Below are positions 23,897 to 33,601 of a stretch of 64,000 nucleotides of DNA, one piece after another. The DNA comes from an uncultured virus (IMG/VR IMGVR_UViG_2061766007_001347) (taxonomy: Duplodnaviria; Heunggongvirae; Uroviricota; Caudoviricetes), in the IMG/VR virus record IMGVR_UViG_2061766007_001347; one strand, written 5' to 3'. The notes below the pieces were generated by a model, which was not told the origin of the DNA, made no database searches, and worked only from the letters and a program-made list of their open reading frames with translations. Positions within the stretch are counted from its first letter, which is position 1. Each line of letters starts with the position of its first letter. A program made the position numbers and the translations under genes.

Positions 23897-24364
23897 TTAT
23901 TTCTTATCAGGCCAGAAAGAAGCATCATCTAGAACATCATCAGAGCAATCCCAATAATGGTTCTTGCATGAATCAAATCCCTCATAGGCTTCTACTTCAG
24001 ACTCTACGTCATCAACTGCATTATCGTACTCCCAGATCTCTTTCTTTCTATAAGATCCAGTCATATAATCATATACATCTTCTTCGTGATCTATTTCACT
24101 GTCATCATATCTTTCGCCGTCATCATCCCACAAAGAAGAATAATAGTCATCAAAGTCGTCTTCTACTTTCTCATCTCTAAATAGCTTATTGCATTCGTCA
24201 AGACGTTCTTTGCTTATTTCGATGATGTCGAAGTTGTAGTTCTTATTTATAGCTTCAGTGATATAGTCTTCAACTTCGTCGCTAGTGTAACCAGATTCCT
24301 GCAAAGCTGAAGATGTATAGGCTATAACATCAAACACATTATCCAAGCCACTGATATTGTACAT
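23897..24364 (-). CDS. Acidic-tail hypothetical; homologue of 44686-45240 and 29149-29364
   Basis: GLDNVFDVIAY; YYSSLWDDDGERY. Confidence 0.8.
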   Translation of the reverse strand: MYNISGLDNVFDVIAYTSSALQESGYTSDEVEDYITEAINKNYNFDIIEISKERLDECNKLFRDEKVEDDFDDYYSSLWDDDGERYDDSEIDHEEDVYDYMTGSYRKKEIWEYDNAVDDVESEVEAYEGFDSCKNHYWDCSDDVLDDASFWPDKK

Positions 24365-24389
24365 GATTTCTCCATTATAGCTTGATGCA

Positions 24390-24647
24390 TTAGATGAGAT
24401 CACAGAGCAATTTATCGAAAACAGAGCTGGTCATATTATCAGGCCATTCTGAGATACGACCATAACGATCGATTTCATGAAGGTTGCCATCGTCTGTACG
24501 AACTTTGTAGCCTTTCAGTGAGTTCTTTTTGATTTCACTGCGGATATAGAAAAAAGTGGTAATGTTGTTTGTGGTGATGAGCTCGCTGCCATCTGGATTG
24601 ATGATGGTGATCGTGGGCTCAACGGGAATGTTATTAAGATCGATCAT
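24390..24647 (-). CDS. Hypothetical; homologue of 46213-46470 and 46930-47193
   Basis: MIDLNNIPVEPT shared. Confidence 0.85.
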   Translation of the reverse strand: MIDLNNIPVEPTITIINPDGSELITTNNITTFFYIRSEIKKNSLKGYKVRTDDGNLHEIDRYGRISEWPDNMTSSVFDKLLCDLI

Positions 24648-24667
24648 TTTAGAATCTCCTGTGATCT

Positions 24668-24698
24668 ATTGAATGGAACCATTCCATCCAATTTATGA
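24668..24698 (-). repeat. Leader hairpin copy without its promoter
   Basis: ATTGAATGGAACCATTCCATCCAAT directly after stop of 24700-24966. Confidence 0.75.
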
Positions 24699-24987
24699 AT
24701 TATGCGAACCAGCTATTGACTTTAGCTTTGGAGAATTTGCGATAGCCCTTCATCCATTCTTTGTCGAACTTCTTTATAAGAGCTAATTCATTCGTAGGCT
24801 CTGAGGTCGGAACGAATTTCTTATACCGCTTACAAATGGTATTAGCGGCATCAATGCCAACAACTTCCAAATCTATTCCAGAGATGTAGTTGTCATCTTC
24901 CCGCGTTACGAAGATCTTACGATCGCGATCAAGATTGTGACTCGTATAATTAAACTCTCTTATCATAACTGACCTCCAAAGTTAAAG

Positions 24988-25080
24988 TTAAGTGGACCTA
25001 TTCCACTTAATCTAGTAGTCTTATAAACTAGACTGACTTCTGCGTAAAATAAAATCACCGAACTAATCGGTGATTTTATT
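24988..25080 (-). promoter_or_regulatory. Type-A promoter + leader hairpin + upstream inverted repeat
   Basis: TTAAGTGGA-CCTAT-TCCACTTAA. Confidence 0.8.
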
Positions 25081-25093
25081 AGAATGAAAAGCT

Positions 25094-25984
25094 CTATAGT
25101 TCGTCTTTATCTAAGTCAAACCTTTCACCACAGAATTCAGCCTCATCTTGTAAGAGACATACTATATGCATAAGAGTCTGCTTATAGAACTTATTGAATA
25201 TCTGATTACTGACAAGTTTGCTGGTCTTTGTGTTGTACATAATTCTAGAAAGCTCTTTCTTACCCAGATGATGAATAATAAATAGCTTTGCAATGTTGTA
25301 CTCACTCATTGGAATTTGCGTATTACCCGCCTTTAAGACTATGAAGTCAGAAGCCTCTTTGCTCATCTTACTTAGAATGAGACTTACTCTTTCTTTATAG
25401 TCAATACATGACGGATCAATTCCAGCTGCTGATATAAGATCAAGCATTGTAGTTCTTTCACCGGCAGTTTTACCACTGGTCCCATGCCCTACTGGAGCAT
25501 CAAGAATAACCATGTCATCTTCATGACCAGCTTTTTTGTATGACATCCACATAGCATTTCGTAACAGCCAGCAATGCATAGCGGGTTCGAGCTTGTAGTT
25601 TGCATCAAACCTTAAGATCCCATCATTGAGCATGACTTTATATGCACAGCTCTGATAGAAATCCTCAAATGTCATTCTTGACCGAAGCCTTGTCTGTGCT
25701 GGTTTGTAATAGATGCTAGAAGCTTTTCGTCTAAGAACGTCTAACACTTCATCTGTCGACATGACAAGATATTTAAGATTGATCCTTTCAATATCTGTCA
25801 TGTTTGCAAGATCGAACTTCTTTGTGTTTAGCATCAGATCTGAAAGTGTATGAATAGCTTTCTTTTTTCCATTACCTAAAGTTAGTAGATTTAATTGCTC
25901 TTTCGTACAAGTAGACAGGTTGATGTTGTACTTGTTTTCTATATCCTGAATAGACTGGGACTTTGAAGTAGATGTGTAAGTCAT
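25094..25984 (-). CDS. Putative divergent sigma-70-family factor
   Basis: FEDFYQ...ILRFD....LEPAMHCWLLRNA resembles region 2; ILDAPVG...TMLDLI resembles region 3.2. Confidence 0.55.
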   Translation of the reverse strand: MTYTSTSKSQSIQDIENKYNINLSTCTKEQLNLLTLGNGKKKAIHTLSDLMLNTKKFDLANMTDIERINLKYLVMSTDEVLDVLRRKASSIYYKPAQTRLRSRMTFEDFYQSCAYKVMLNDGILRFDANYKLEPAMHCWLLRNAMWMSYKKAGHEDDMVILDAPVGHGTSGKTAGERTTMLDLISAAGIDPSCIDYKERVSLILSKMSKEASDFIVLKAGNTQIPMSEYNIAKLFIIHHLGKKELSRIMYNTKTSKLVSNQIFNKFYKQTLMHIVCLLQDEAEFCGERFDLDKDEL

Positions 25985-26023
25985 AGCTGCTACTCCTCTA
26001 TTTAGCTATAGAACAATTGTTAC

Positions 26024-26593
26024 TTATTTACCTTCCCAGAAAGAAGAAGCCTGATCTGCGGTCTGAAGTTTCAGAACAAGCTTATAGAGAGAAAGAGCCT
26101 TTGAGATTGCAGGTCGTTCATATGTAGGCTCAAGAACGTATCCACCCATGTGCCAACGAATTGCGCAGATTTCTTCGTCAGTGAGCTTCATATATTTCAT
26201 AAGGATAATAACTGATTTTTCGCCATGCCCAATAGGAAGCTCTTCATCTTCTCTATAATCGTAATATGGAACCTGGATCCATTTGCCAGAGGCATCCTTT
26301 GTGTTACGCATAGAGACTTTGTATGTACCTACTTTGCAGAGATCGTGGAATAATGCTGCGATGGCGATTGTCTCGTCAGACTCAATTTCTTGGAAGTTCT
26401 TTAGATACTTATAAACACCGAGGCAATGAGCAACAAGACCACCTTCTTCTGCGCCATGGAATCTAGCTGACGAAGGAGCCGTATAGAAATCAGTCGTTTC
26501 AAGCCATGCCATAAGATCGGCAATACCCTCACGATGGATGTTCTTGTTAACGATTTCGATGAATTCTTTTTTGAGATCTGCGATGTTGTTCAT
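26024..26593 (-). CDS. HD-domain phosphohydrolase
   Basis: FYTAPSS..FHG...GGL..H, LFHDLCK, GHGEKS, AIRWHMG, AD. Confidence 0.9.
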   Translation of the reverse strand: MNNIADLKKEFIEIVNKNIHREGIADLMAWLETTDFYTAPSSARFHGAEEGGLVAHCLGVYKYLKNFQEIESDETIAIAALFHDLCKVGTYKVSMRNTKDASGKWIQVPYYDYREDEELPIGHGEKSVIILMKYMKLTDEEICAIRWHMGGYVLEPTYERPAISKALSLYKLVLKLQTADQASSFWEGK

Positions 26594-26619
26594 GATTATT
26601 CTCCGTTAAGTTATTGTGT

Positions 26620-26697
26620 AGCTAGATGGAACCTATTCCCATCTAGCTTGTGTAGTTCTTATAAACTATGTTTATTTTTATGTAAACAAAAATCACC
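26620..26697 (-). promoter_or_regulatory. Type-A promoter + leader hairpin
   Basis: AGCTAGATGG...CCATCTAGCT. Confidence 0.75.
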
Positions 26698-26701
26698 ATA
26701 G

Positions 26702-27919
26702 CTAAGCAATCATTTTTGCCATCTTCATAAGACCTTCTACAGACTCGTCGTTTTTGAAGATATCGCTTACTATAATGTCTTCCAATTTGAGCTTATCTAA
26801 TTCAGGCTGTGTACTGGATTTCTTTGATTCTTTCCACTTATCCATTGCGCTGTCTACAAACAGAGATTGAAGTTTAGCCCATAGGATAATCGTATTACTG
26901 TCAAGAGTCCCAGCCAATTGACGAAATTCAAGATGAAGATAATCAGACCCAGCTCTATAGTTTGTAACATTAAGCTTTCTAAACCGTTTGTCCATATAGC
27001 TTACACTAGCAGTTTTACAGTAACGGCCTCTATTTTCTCTACGAGACAATGGAACAAGTCTATCAAATAATGACGCTTCACTGTTCCGATACGATCTGAC
27101 GAAATGGCATAGAAATTCACATTCACGTAACGTATTATATGTATATACCATATCACGTCGATCTACAGGGAAAGACATATGAACGTGAGTTCCGCATGTT
27201 CTATTCGTATATCCATGCATTACAGTCTTTATAAGTTCGCATACTTTAGCCAACTCTTTAAGATCTTTTGCTGACGAAAGATTCAATATCGGAGATGTAA
27301 GTTCATAGCCTGTAACATACTCGTTGTAATTATCACCATCATCTCTTCTTGAATGTAGAGACCCGTCTGTGCCAAGTACCCATTTGCTACCGTCATTGTC
27401 ATAATATCTCATCGGAGCAATAAGTCTATCTCTACCTACAAGTTTACGGAGCTTAGCTTCAAAGTCCATGATTTGACTAGAATCACCAAGAAATTCAAGC
27501 TCAACACCAATACGCTTATCTTTAAGATTAAGCTTACGGTTCATCTTAGCTTTAGCTGATTCGACAAGAGAATCTAGAATTACATTATTGATTCTATATG
27601 TATGACCAGATTCTTTGAACAGAATACGCGATGTTTTCTGATTGTGTTTAACCACCTCAAATGCAAGCTCACCAGGCTTTCTCTCTTGATGAGTAGTGCT
27701 TATTCTCCGTGGCTGCCTCACCTTATTCTGTCTATAGAACAATAAGGCGAATAGTCGTTTCAGATAATTCTCGTACGTCTCAGAGTCTTTCTTCTCAAAT
27801 GTAGATGTACTGAACTGCGTTCTTAATAGATCCATAAATGCCCATGGATGATCGATAAGATCGGTGAGTTCAATTTCTGTATTGTTGACGGTGATTGTCT
27901 TGTTTACTCTAACTGACAT
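26702..27919 (-). CDS. Putative amidoligase (COOH-NH2 ligase type 2)
   Basis: IGVELEF, DGS, ELTSP, TCGTHVH, LEFRQ..GTL; start revised. Confidence 0.85.
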   Translation of the reverse strand: MSVRVNKTITVNNTEIELTDLIDHPWAFMDLLRTQFSTSTFEKKDSETYENYLKRLFALLFYRQNKVRQPRRISTTHQERKPGELAFEVVKHNQKTSRILFKESGHTYRINNVILDSLVESAKAKMNRKLNLKDKRIGVELEFLGDSSQIMDFEAKLRKLVGRDRLIAPMRYYDNDGSKWVLGTDGSLHSRRDDGDNYNEYVTGYELTSPILNLSSAKDLKELAKVCELIKTVMHGYTNRTCGTHVHMSFPVDRRDMVYTYNTLRECEFLCHFVRSYRNSEASLFDRLVPLSRRENRGRYCKTASVSYMDKRFRKLNVTNYRAGSDYLHLEFRQLAGTLDSNTIILWAKLQSLFVDSAMDKWKESKKSSTQPELDKLKLEDIIVSDIFKNDESVEGLMKMAKMIA

Positions 27920-27938
27920 GTTGTTTGCTCCAGGTAGT

Positions 27939-28043
27939 ATTGAATGGAACCACTCCATCCAATGATGGACTATCTATAAACCAAGACTTATCTCTATGTA
28001 AAATAGAATCACCGTGATCATAGCAAATCACGGTGATTCTATT
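27939..28043 (-). promoter_or_regulatory. Type-A promoter + leader hairpin + upstream inverted repeat
   Basis: Consensus layout. Confidence 0.8.
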
Positions 28044-28569
28044 TAGCATGCTGTATTAGATTTCATCTACAAAGCCGGCTGAATTATTAGCATACAAATC
28101 GTACTCATATATGCTGTATAACTCATCAAGCTCTTCTTCCGTCATGTCATAAAGACTGATGTAGTTTTCCATGACTACCCTCTCTGATATGAAACTCTTG
28201 TATGATTGTCTCTACTATGGTCAGACGAAGAACTGGACACCATGAAATCATAATAGTGTCTTAGTCCAGAAGTAAGTCTTCCACCGCAGTCATTGTTCGT
28301 AATCTTAAAAAGATCAGAGGTAGCAAGCTTAGTCTTTAAGTCCAATAAGTAATGAATGTTCTTAATGTCGTAAATAGAACCGTCAATAACACCAGCATCT
28401 TGTAGTGCTTTGGACAGAGAATTGATCGTCCAAATATAGCACCCAGCAGTACTATATGCTAAGCCACAACGATTCATAAGGTAGTTACGGAATTTCGAGC
28501 AAACGATACGATCATCGCCTAATGACATACTAAAGTCTCCTTAAATAGAACCTTCAGGTTCTTGATTAT

Positions 28570-28642
28570 GAGCGGAGAACTATTCTCCGCTCTATGCTTA
28601 GAGTATACCCGAACTCGATGTCTGGTTAAACCAGAATCACCG
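28570..28642 (-). promoter_or_regulatory. Type-A promoter + leader hairpin (GC-rich stem variant)
   Basis: GAGCGGAGA-ACTAT-TCTCCGCTC. Confidence 0.7.
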
Positions 28643-28646
28643 CGTT

Positions 28647-29012
28647 TTAGTTCCAGGTGTAGAATCCATTCTGTTTCGAAATGGCACCATTACGAATCTT
28701 GGTGTTCATAATCTGCCAGGCGTATTTTGTCATTCTGCGCTGAACTTCAACAGCCTGTTCGTCATTAAGATCTTTACCCTCAGATTTGTCCTTCGCGATC
28801 TGAGTAAGAACTTTAGCATCAGATTTGTTAAACCCTTTACGGTTCTTATAATAGGTAGAATTGGTGGCAACTTCATTCTCGAGCTGGTTGCCGAAAACAG
28901 TCATAAGACCATCGATCGCGTCATTGATATTGTGGGTGATTCCAGCTCTAATGTTATTGGCGAGATCGGTTTTGTTGCGAAGGGTGATGTTGCTGTTGAT
29001 TGTGATTGTCAT
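28647..29012 (-). CDS. Distant paralogue of 4055-4405
   Basis: NQL.NE...N.KGF...DA...KYAWQI. Confidence 0.75.
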   Translation of the reverse strand: MTITINSNITLRNKTDLANNIRAGITHNINDAIDGLMTVFGNQLENEVATNSTYYKNRKGFNKSDAKVLTQIAKDKSEGKDLNDEQAVEVQRRMTKYAWQIMNTKIRNGAISKQNGFYTWN

Positions 29013-29055
29013 ATCTAAGTCTCCTTAGTTTAGAACCGCTAGGTTCTTGTTGCTT

Positions 29056-29146
29056 AGCTAAGGAACCATTCCTTAGCTTTATGAGTTACTTATAATCTCA
29101 GTTCGTAGTTAAGTAAACTAAAATCACCACAATAAACGGTGATTTT
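29056..29146 (-). promoter_or_regulatory. Type-A promoter + leader hairpin
   Basis: AGCTAAGGA-ACCAT-TCCTTAGCT. Confidence 0.8.
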
Positions 29147-29148
29147 TC

Positions 29149-29364
29149 TTATAGCTTATTGACAAGCATTTCGTCTGCAATTTCGTTGCATTTGTCGATC
29201 ATTCCAACGCTTACGCAAAGAAGGTGATCGTAGTCACTGGATGTAGCATCCTTATAATAAGCCTCTCTATCGGCTTTTGAGAATTTGCATTCTCTCATCG
29301 CGTTCACTACATAAGCCATAACGCAGAATGCATTTCCATCGATTCCAACGAGATCATATTTCAT
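29149..29364 (-). CDS. Conserved small phage protein (GIDGNAF..M)
   Basis: LVGIDGNAFCVMAYV...SSDYDHLL. Confidence 0.8.
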   Translation of the reverse strand: MKYDLVGIDGNAFCVMAYVVNAMRECKFSKADREAYYKDATSSDYDHLLCVSVGMIDKCNEIADEMLVNKL

Positions 29365-29386
29365 TGTAACTCTCCTCTATGGTTCC

Positions 29387-29462
29387 AAGCTAAGGACCCA
29401 TTCCCTAGCTTTGATGAATCCCTTATAAGCTCAGAAAACTTTTGTGTAAACAAAAATCACCG
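29387..29462 (-). promoter_or_regulatory. Type-A promoter + leader hairpin
   Basis: Consensus layout. Confidence 0.8.
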
Positions 29463-29702
29463 AGCTTATAGCTTCTATTATTGACGTTTGCCGTCATTGT
29501 AGCGGCATACATAAGTTGAAGTTGATTCCAGGAACCGGCCACAGAAATCATAGCAGCCATTTACTTTGTAGACCATTGAATAGCCGCCTTTGGAGATCTT
29601 ACGAGCGAAGTTCGTAGCATCGCGTTTGCTGTCGAATTTCTGGGAGATGCCGTTTGAGTAAACCGAAAAGATCGTCATCATTTTAAGCTCCTGTTTAGTT
29701 CC

Positions 29703-29795
29703 AGCCAGGGACCCATTCCCTTAGCTTGTTGAGTACTTTATAAACCAAGTTTGAGAATGTGTAAAATAAAATCACCGTTATAGTCGGTGATTTTT
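29703..29795 (-). promoter_or_regulatory. Type-A promoter + leader hairpin + upstream inverted repeat
   Basis: Consensus layout. Confidence 0.75.
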
Positions 29796-29884
29796 AATCC
29801 TGTAGAGCTTCACTAAAATTCAACAATATCACAGAATTCAGATTTCGTAAACAAAATTCACGTGCAACTTTTCACCAGTTAGCG

Positions 29885-29925
29885 CGGTGATTTTTATTTA
29901 CGTCGTCCATAAACTGACTTATAAT
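29885..29925 (+). promoter_or_regulatory. Plus-strand type-A promoter without leader hairpin
   Basis: CGGTGATTTTTA-TTTACG-N17-TATAAT. Confidence 0.7.
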
Positions 29926-29929
29926 ATAA

Positions 29930-30392
29930 TTGAGGGAAGCCGCCACGGGTCGTGACTCTCTAAGAGTAAATGAGAAGTTCACTACTTTTTGGAGCCCAAT
30001 ATCTATTAAAAATAGACAGGCTGAATAGCGTTGAAATTATGCTTCGACTATGATCTATTAGATCTACTCTGTTTTACTTCTCCGGGTGAAGGGCTGACTT
30101 GGACGTGCCCGTTATTCAAGCTAAGGAGACTAACAATTTGTAATGCACCCAACCAGTCACATTAAGTGCTAACAAAGTGGTAAAGCTAATTTAAGGTTGA
30201 ACGACTATAGATTGATTCATTGTTTAAGAGCTATCTGCTCTGTTTATTTTTAGAACAATTTAATTGACGTTTATGAGCTGAAGTGACTTTGATGTTTTCG
30301 ACGGCCTGTTTTGTTGTACGCAGTCTATTCCAAAAATGTAAACAAGAATCACGCAAAATAATATCCGCTATAGAATAATCTCTATAGCGGAT
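29930..30392 (+). ncRNA. Candidate ~450-nt non-coding transcript
   Basis: Promoter upstream, no ORF >=60 aa, hairpin terminator at ~30363-30392. Confidence 0.35.
30363..30392. terminator. Intrinsic terminator hairpin
   Basis: ATCCGCTATAGA...TCTATAGCGGAT. Confidence 0.7.
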
Positions 30393-30400
30393 GAGCTGTC

Positions 30401-32623
30401 TTAGATCTTTGTTATTAGAATTATTGCATTGTCAAGAGCATCTTCTCCGTTTACTGATATTACTGCTCTTTTTGAGTAAATCCAATCTGTGTCTATAGAT
30501 GTCTCATCGTCAGCGTTGAATAGATCCATATACATTAGACCGCGAAGTGTATGCTCTGATTCATCACTACTATATTCAATAATAGGTAGAAGAGCGGTTC
30601 TACAGATATTGTAGTGATTGTTTGCAATATGATCTCCCATTATAATTGGAGATGATTTATCTTCAGTGATCAGCATATCAGATACGCTGTAGAATGTATT
30701 ATCATTCAAATGCTCTGGTCTTGGTTTTACGTAGAAGCATCTTTCATATTTGTAACCTTCAGTTCCGTAGATGTTCCTATAGTGAACTGTGAGACAAGCT
30801 TTATCCATGAATGATTTTGCAAGCTCTTCAGAAGACTTATCTGTTCCATCTATAGCATAGAATCCAATCTTGTAGTAAGCGTTTGTAACATCATAGCCGT
30901 CATTATTACTTGGAGTAGTTATTGTGAACGTCTCTGTTCTATGGCTATATTCTGGTTTGTTCTTTGGCTTACTTAATTCTATGAATGCTGTAAGTCCCAT
31001 ATTATATGGCTGTACGTCAGTAACATCATCTCCAGTTAAAGAAGTTATCTGTATTCTAGCAGGAACGCTGATATCTGGATTGCTCTTTTCTAATACTGAA
31101 AAGTATCTGTCCCACGGCCGTCTATTGAATATGTGAATTCCAGAGTCTATCTCTTTCTCGAGATCTTTTGTGCTAACCATAGCAAGTGTATCTGTAAGAT
31201 CATGAATTGTTAAATGATTATCAGCTTTCTTTTCAAAGTTAAGCGCTAGTGTATTGCCGTCTTCTAGATCGAGTAAGAAATGCCCTATAGCTCCATTATA
31301 GTTGTACAATTCTGCAATCTCTGAAAACGCAGCATTATTGTTTATTATCGTTTCACCATCTTCTTTGTATAGTGTCATTCTTACTTTAGAGTTTTCTAAT
31401 CTGTCTCTATTGAACGCAACTAATGCTGCAGTAGCAGGCCAGATACTATCATTATTGATGCTTACAAGTTCTTTACTTCCGCCAGAAGCTCCAGCTCTAA
31501 ATACATCATTGAGATAGAATTTAATGTCTGTTCTTGGCTTATCATCTCCAATATCTACCTTTTCCATCTCAAGTCTGACTTGATCTGTATCAAGATTTCC
31601 AAGCTTAAGATTGCAGAATCTAACTCCAATTGAATGTTCTTTATCTGCAGCAGCATACCATAATGGTTTATTCTCTGTTTTATACTTTCCATTCTTCTGC
31701 AATGGGATCTGCAAATTGTAACCAGATATATATGAAACATACTTCTGAGCTATAGTTCCATAACGATCACCTTCGTTCAGATTCACAAACGTATAGACTG
31801 TCAAGTCTGCAGAATCAAATTCTTTGTCAGACTTTATTACTAGTTTGTAAGATTCATCATCTACTTTCTGTAGATTAAACATCTCCATGTCTATATCAAG
31901 AGATTCTCCAGTCTCAGAATTACTAATACTACCCATCACAATACTTACATTGTCTTCAGTGATAGGAACTTTCCCACCAGCTAAAGTAAGTTCAAGTTTG
32001 TTTGATGAATCTCCAAGAGCCTCTATATCAAAGCTATCTCCGCTGAGCGTTATATAGTCTTTTATCTTTAGTACTGGAGTGATGTAATCATCTGAAACAA
32101 AGTCTTCATTTATCAATAACGGTTCAAAGTCTTTGAGATTGTTTACATCTATTCCGTCAGGCAATCCAGCTGGAAACATTTCAGCTAACTTCTCTGAAGT
32201 CCATCTTGACTTGTTGACTAAATAACTGAAAATGTATTTTGAATTAGCAGCAGCTGTTGCATTATTGTATAGTCTAATGCAGATGTTACCATCGCTGTGA
32301 TTATATATCTGAACAATATAACCATCGTATTTATCATCAGCACAGTTAAATCTTACGCTTGTATTAAATTCAAATGTCTCATCAGATTCATGGTCTGCAG
32401 TTGGATATGTGCCATTCACTTCATCGTCAATTACAAATTCGTAGTTATTACCTTCATGAGAAGATATACTACTAAATGAATTTGTTCTCCAGTTGATTAT
32501 ATTATTATTGCAAGACAGACAAAGTTCTGCATTGCTCATAAAATAATTGATGAAATTTTTTGTAGCTTTTGAAGACAAATTGTACCGATCAAACATTACT
32601 CTGAGTCGAGCTTGATTATTCAT
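30401..32623 (-). CDS. Large hypothetical protein (possibly virion-associated)
   Basis: 740 aa, GGAGG SD, beta-rich composition, no catalytic motif seen. Confidence 0.75.
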   Translation of the reverse strand: MNNQARLRVMFDRYNLSSKATKNFINYFMSNAELCLSCNNNIINWRTNSFSSISSHEGNNYEFVIDDEVNGTYPTADHESDETFEFNTSVRFNCADDKYDGYIVQIYNHSDGNICIRLYNNATAAANSKYIFSYLVNKSRWTSEKLAEMFPAGLPDGIDVNNLKDFEPLLINEDFVSDDYITPVLKIKDYITLSGDSFDIEALGDSSNKLELTLAGGKVPITEDNVSIVMGSISNSETGESLDIDMEMFNLQKVDDESYKLVIKSDKEFDSADLTVYTFVNLNEGDRYGTIAQKYVSYISGYNLQIPLQKNGKYKTENKPLWYAAADKEHSIGVRFCNLKLGNLDTDQVRLEMEKVDIGDDKPRTDIKFYLNDVFRAGASGGSKELVSINNDSIWPATAALVAFNRDRLENSKVRMTLYKEDGETIINNNAAFSEIAELYNYNGAIGHFLLDLEDGNTLALNFEKKADNHLTIHDLTDTLAMVSTKDLEKEIDSGIHIFNRRPWDRYFSVLEKSNPDISVPARIQITSLTGDDVTDVQPYNMGLTAFIELSKPKNKPEYSHRTETFTITTPSNNDGYDVTNAYYKIGFYAIDGTDKSSEELAKSFMDKACLTVHYRNIYGTEGYKYERCFYVKPRPEHLNDNTFYSVSDMLITEDKSSPIIMGDHIANNHYNICRTALLPIIEYSSDESEHTLRGLMYMDLFNADDETSIDTDWIYSKRAVISVNGEDALDNAIILITKI

Positions 32624-32956
32624 AGTGTATCTGACCTCCAGCAGATTGTGTCATAGAAGTGTCGTATCGAATGTAACTAACTTGTATCTAGAGCTGAGCT
32701 CTTGTATCATAAAACTGAAACTATTTCGATAATCTCTGAGTATTTCAGAGAAAGTCTGAGAAATCGACTATAGATGACTCTGATATCTATAATAGTTAGA
32801 TATTCTGAACAAGTCTGAAATAATCTGAGATAGTACTCTATTGAAGTTGAGTCGTTGCAGAAAGTCTTGGAATATATGGTCGAAGTCATATTTTCGAACC
32901 TCCCAAAACCGCCATATAAATACACGGAATTTTAGCTTCGACTAAATACAAATATA

Positions 32957-32998
32957 CCCATCTAGGAAGTTATGATTTGAGCTTCTTAGATGGGTTTT
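32957..32998. terminator. Long hairpin / terminator
   Basis: ACCCATCTAGGAAGTT...AGCTTCTTAGATGGGT. Confidence 0.6.
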
Positions 32999-33014
32999 AT
33001 TTTGCGAAGATGAA

Positions 33015-33085
33015 GATCTATGAGCTCTACTTTTTTGTAGAGATGACAGTCTCTACTTTTTTGTAGAGATCTATGAGCTCTACTT
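33015..33085. repeat. Nested direct/inverted repeats
   Basis: CTCTACTTTTTTGTAGAG x2 and AGATCTATGAGCTCTACTT x2. Confidence 0.7.
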
Positions 33086-33104
33086 CAAGACAATGAATTG
33101 AAGT

Positions 33105-33587
33105 TTACTTCAAGACTGTAATTCGATCTGCAGTTTTTACGATTCGTTTTGGAACTGATTCAAAAGCAAGTTCTCTTTTTGTATCTCCACAGCTATAGGT
33201 GAAGAATGTATCTATATGTTCTACTTTGAATAGATCTGCTATTGCATCATAAAAGGCTTCTAGTTTGTAGTCTGGATTTATTGTCTCAAAATCAAATTCA
33301 TCTATTACCAGACATCTTGGTTTGTCATTTGAGCATTGAGATATATAGAGGCTTAACAGATAAGAAGCAAAGTCTTTTGGTGTGTTATTGTTATCTGTGA
33401 TATTGAACTGCTTATCTGTATTACTTATTGCGAAGAGGAGATCTGATTCGTCTTTCCAATAGATATTTTTACATACTCTATTTGTGAGAATCATTGAATG
33501 TTCGCTGTGATCAATTCTGGAATCTACTATCCCACGAATATAAGTTGTCTTTCCTGTACCAGTAGATCCGCATACTAGTTCGTTCAT
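33105..33587 (-). CDS. Small P-loop NTPase
   Basis: GSTGTGKT Walker A, LVIDE Walker B. Confidence 0.75.
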   Translation of the reverse strand: MNELVCGSTGTGKTTYIRGIVDSRIDHSEHSMILTNRVCKNIYWKDESDLLFAISNTDKQFNITDNNNTPKDFASYLLSLYISQCSNDKPRCLVIDEFDFETINPDYKLEAFYDAIADLFKVEHIDTFFTYSCGDTKRELAFESVPKRIVKTADRITVLK

Positions 33588-33601
33588 AGTTCTTGTTGCT
33601 C

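Noticed and set aside
28175..28528. Integrase
   Set aside because: It only weakly resembles an N-terminal SAM-like domain, has no catalytic tyrosine-recombinase motifs and is too short.
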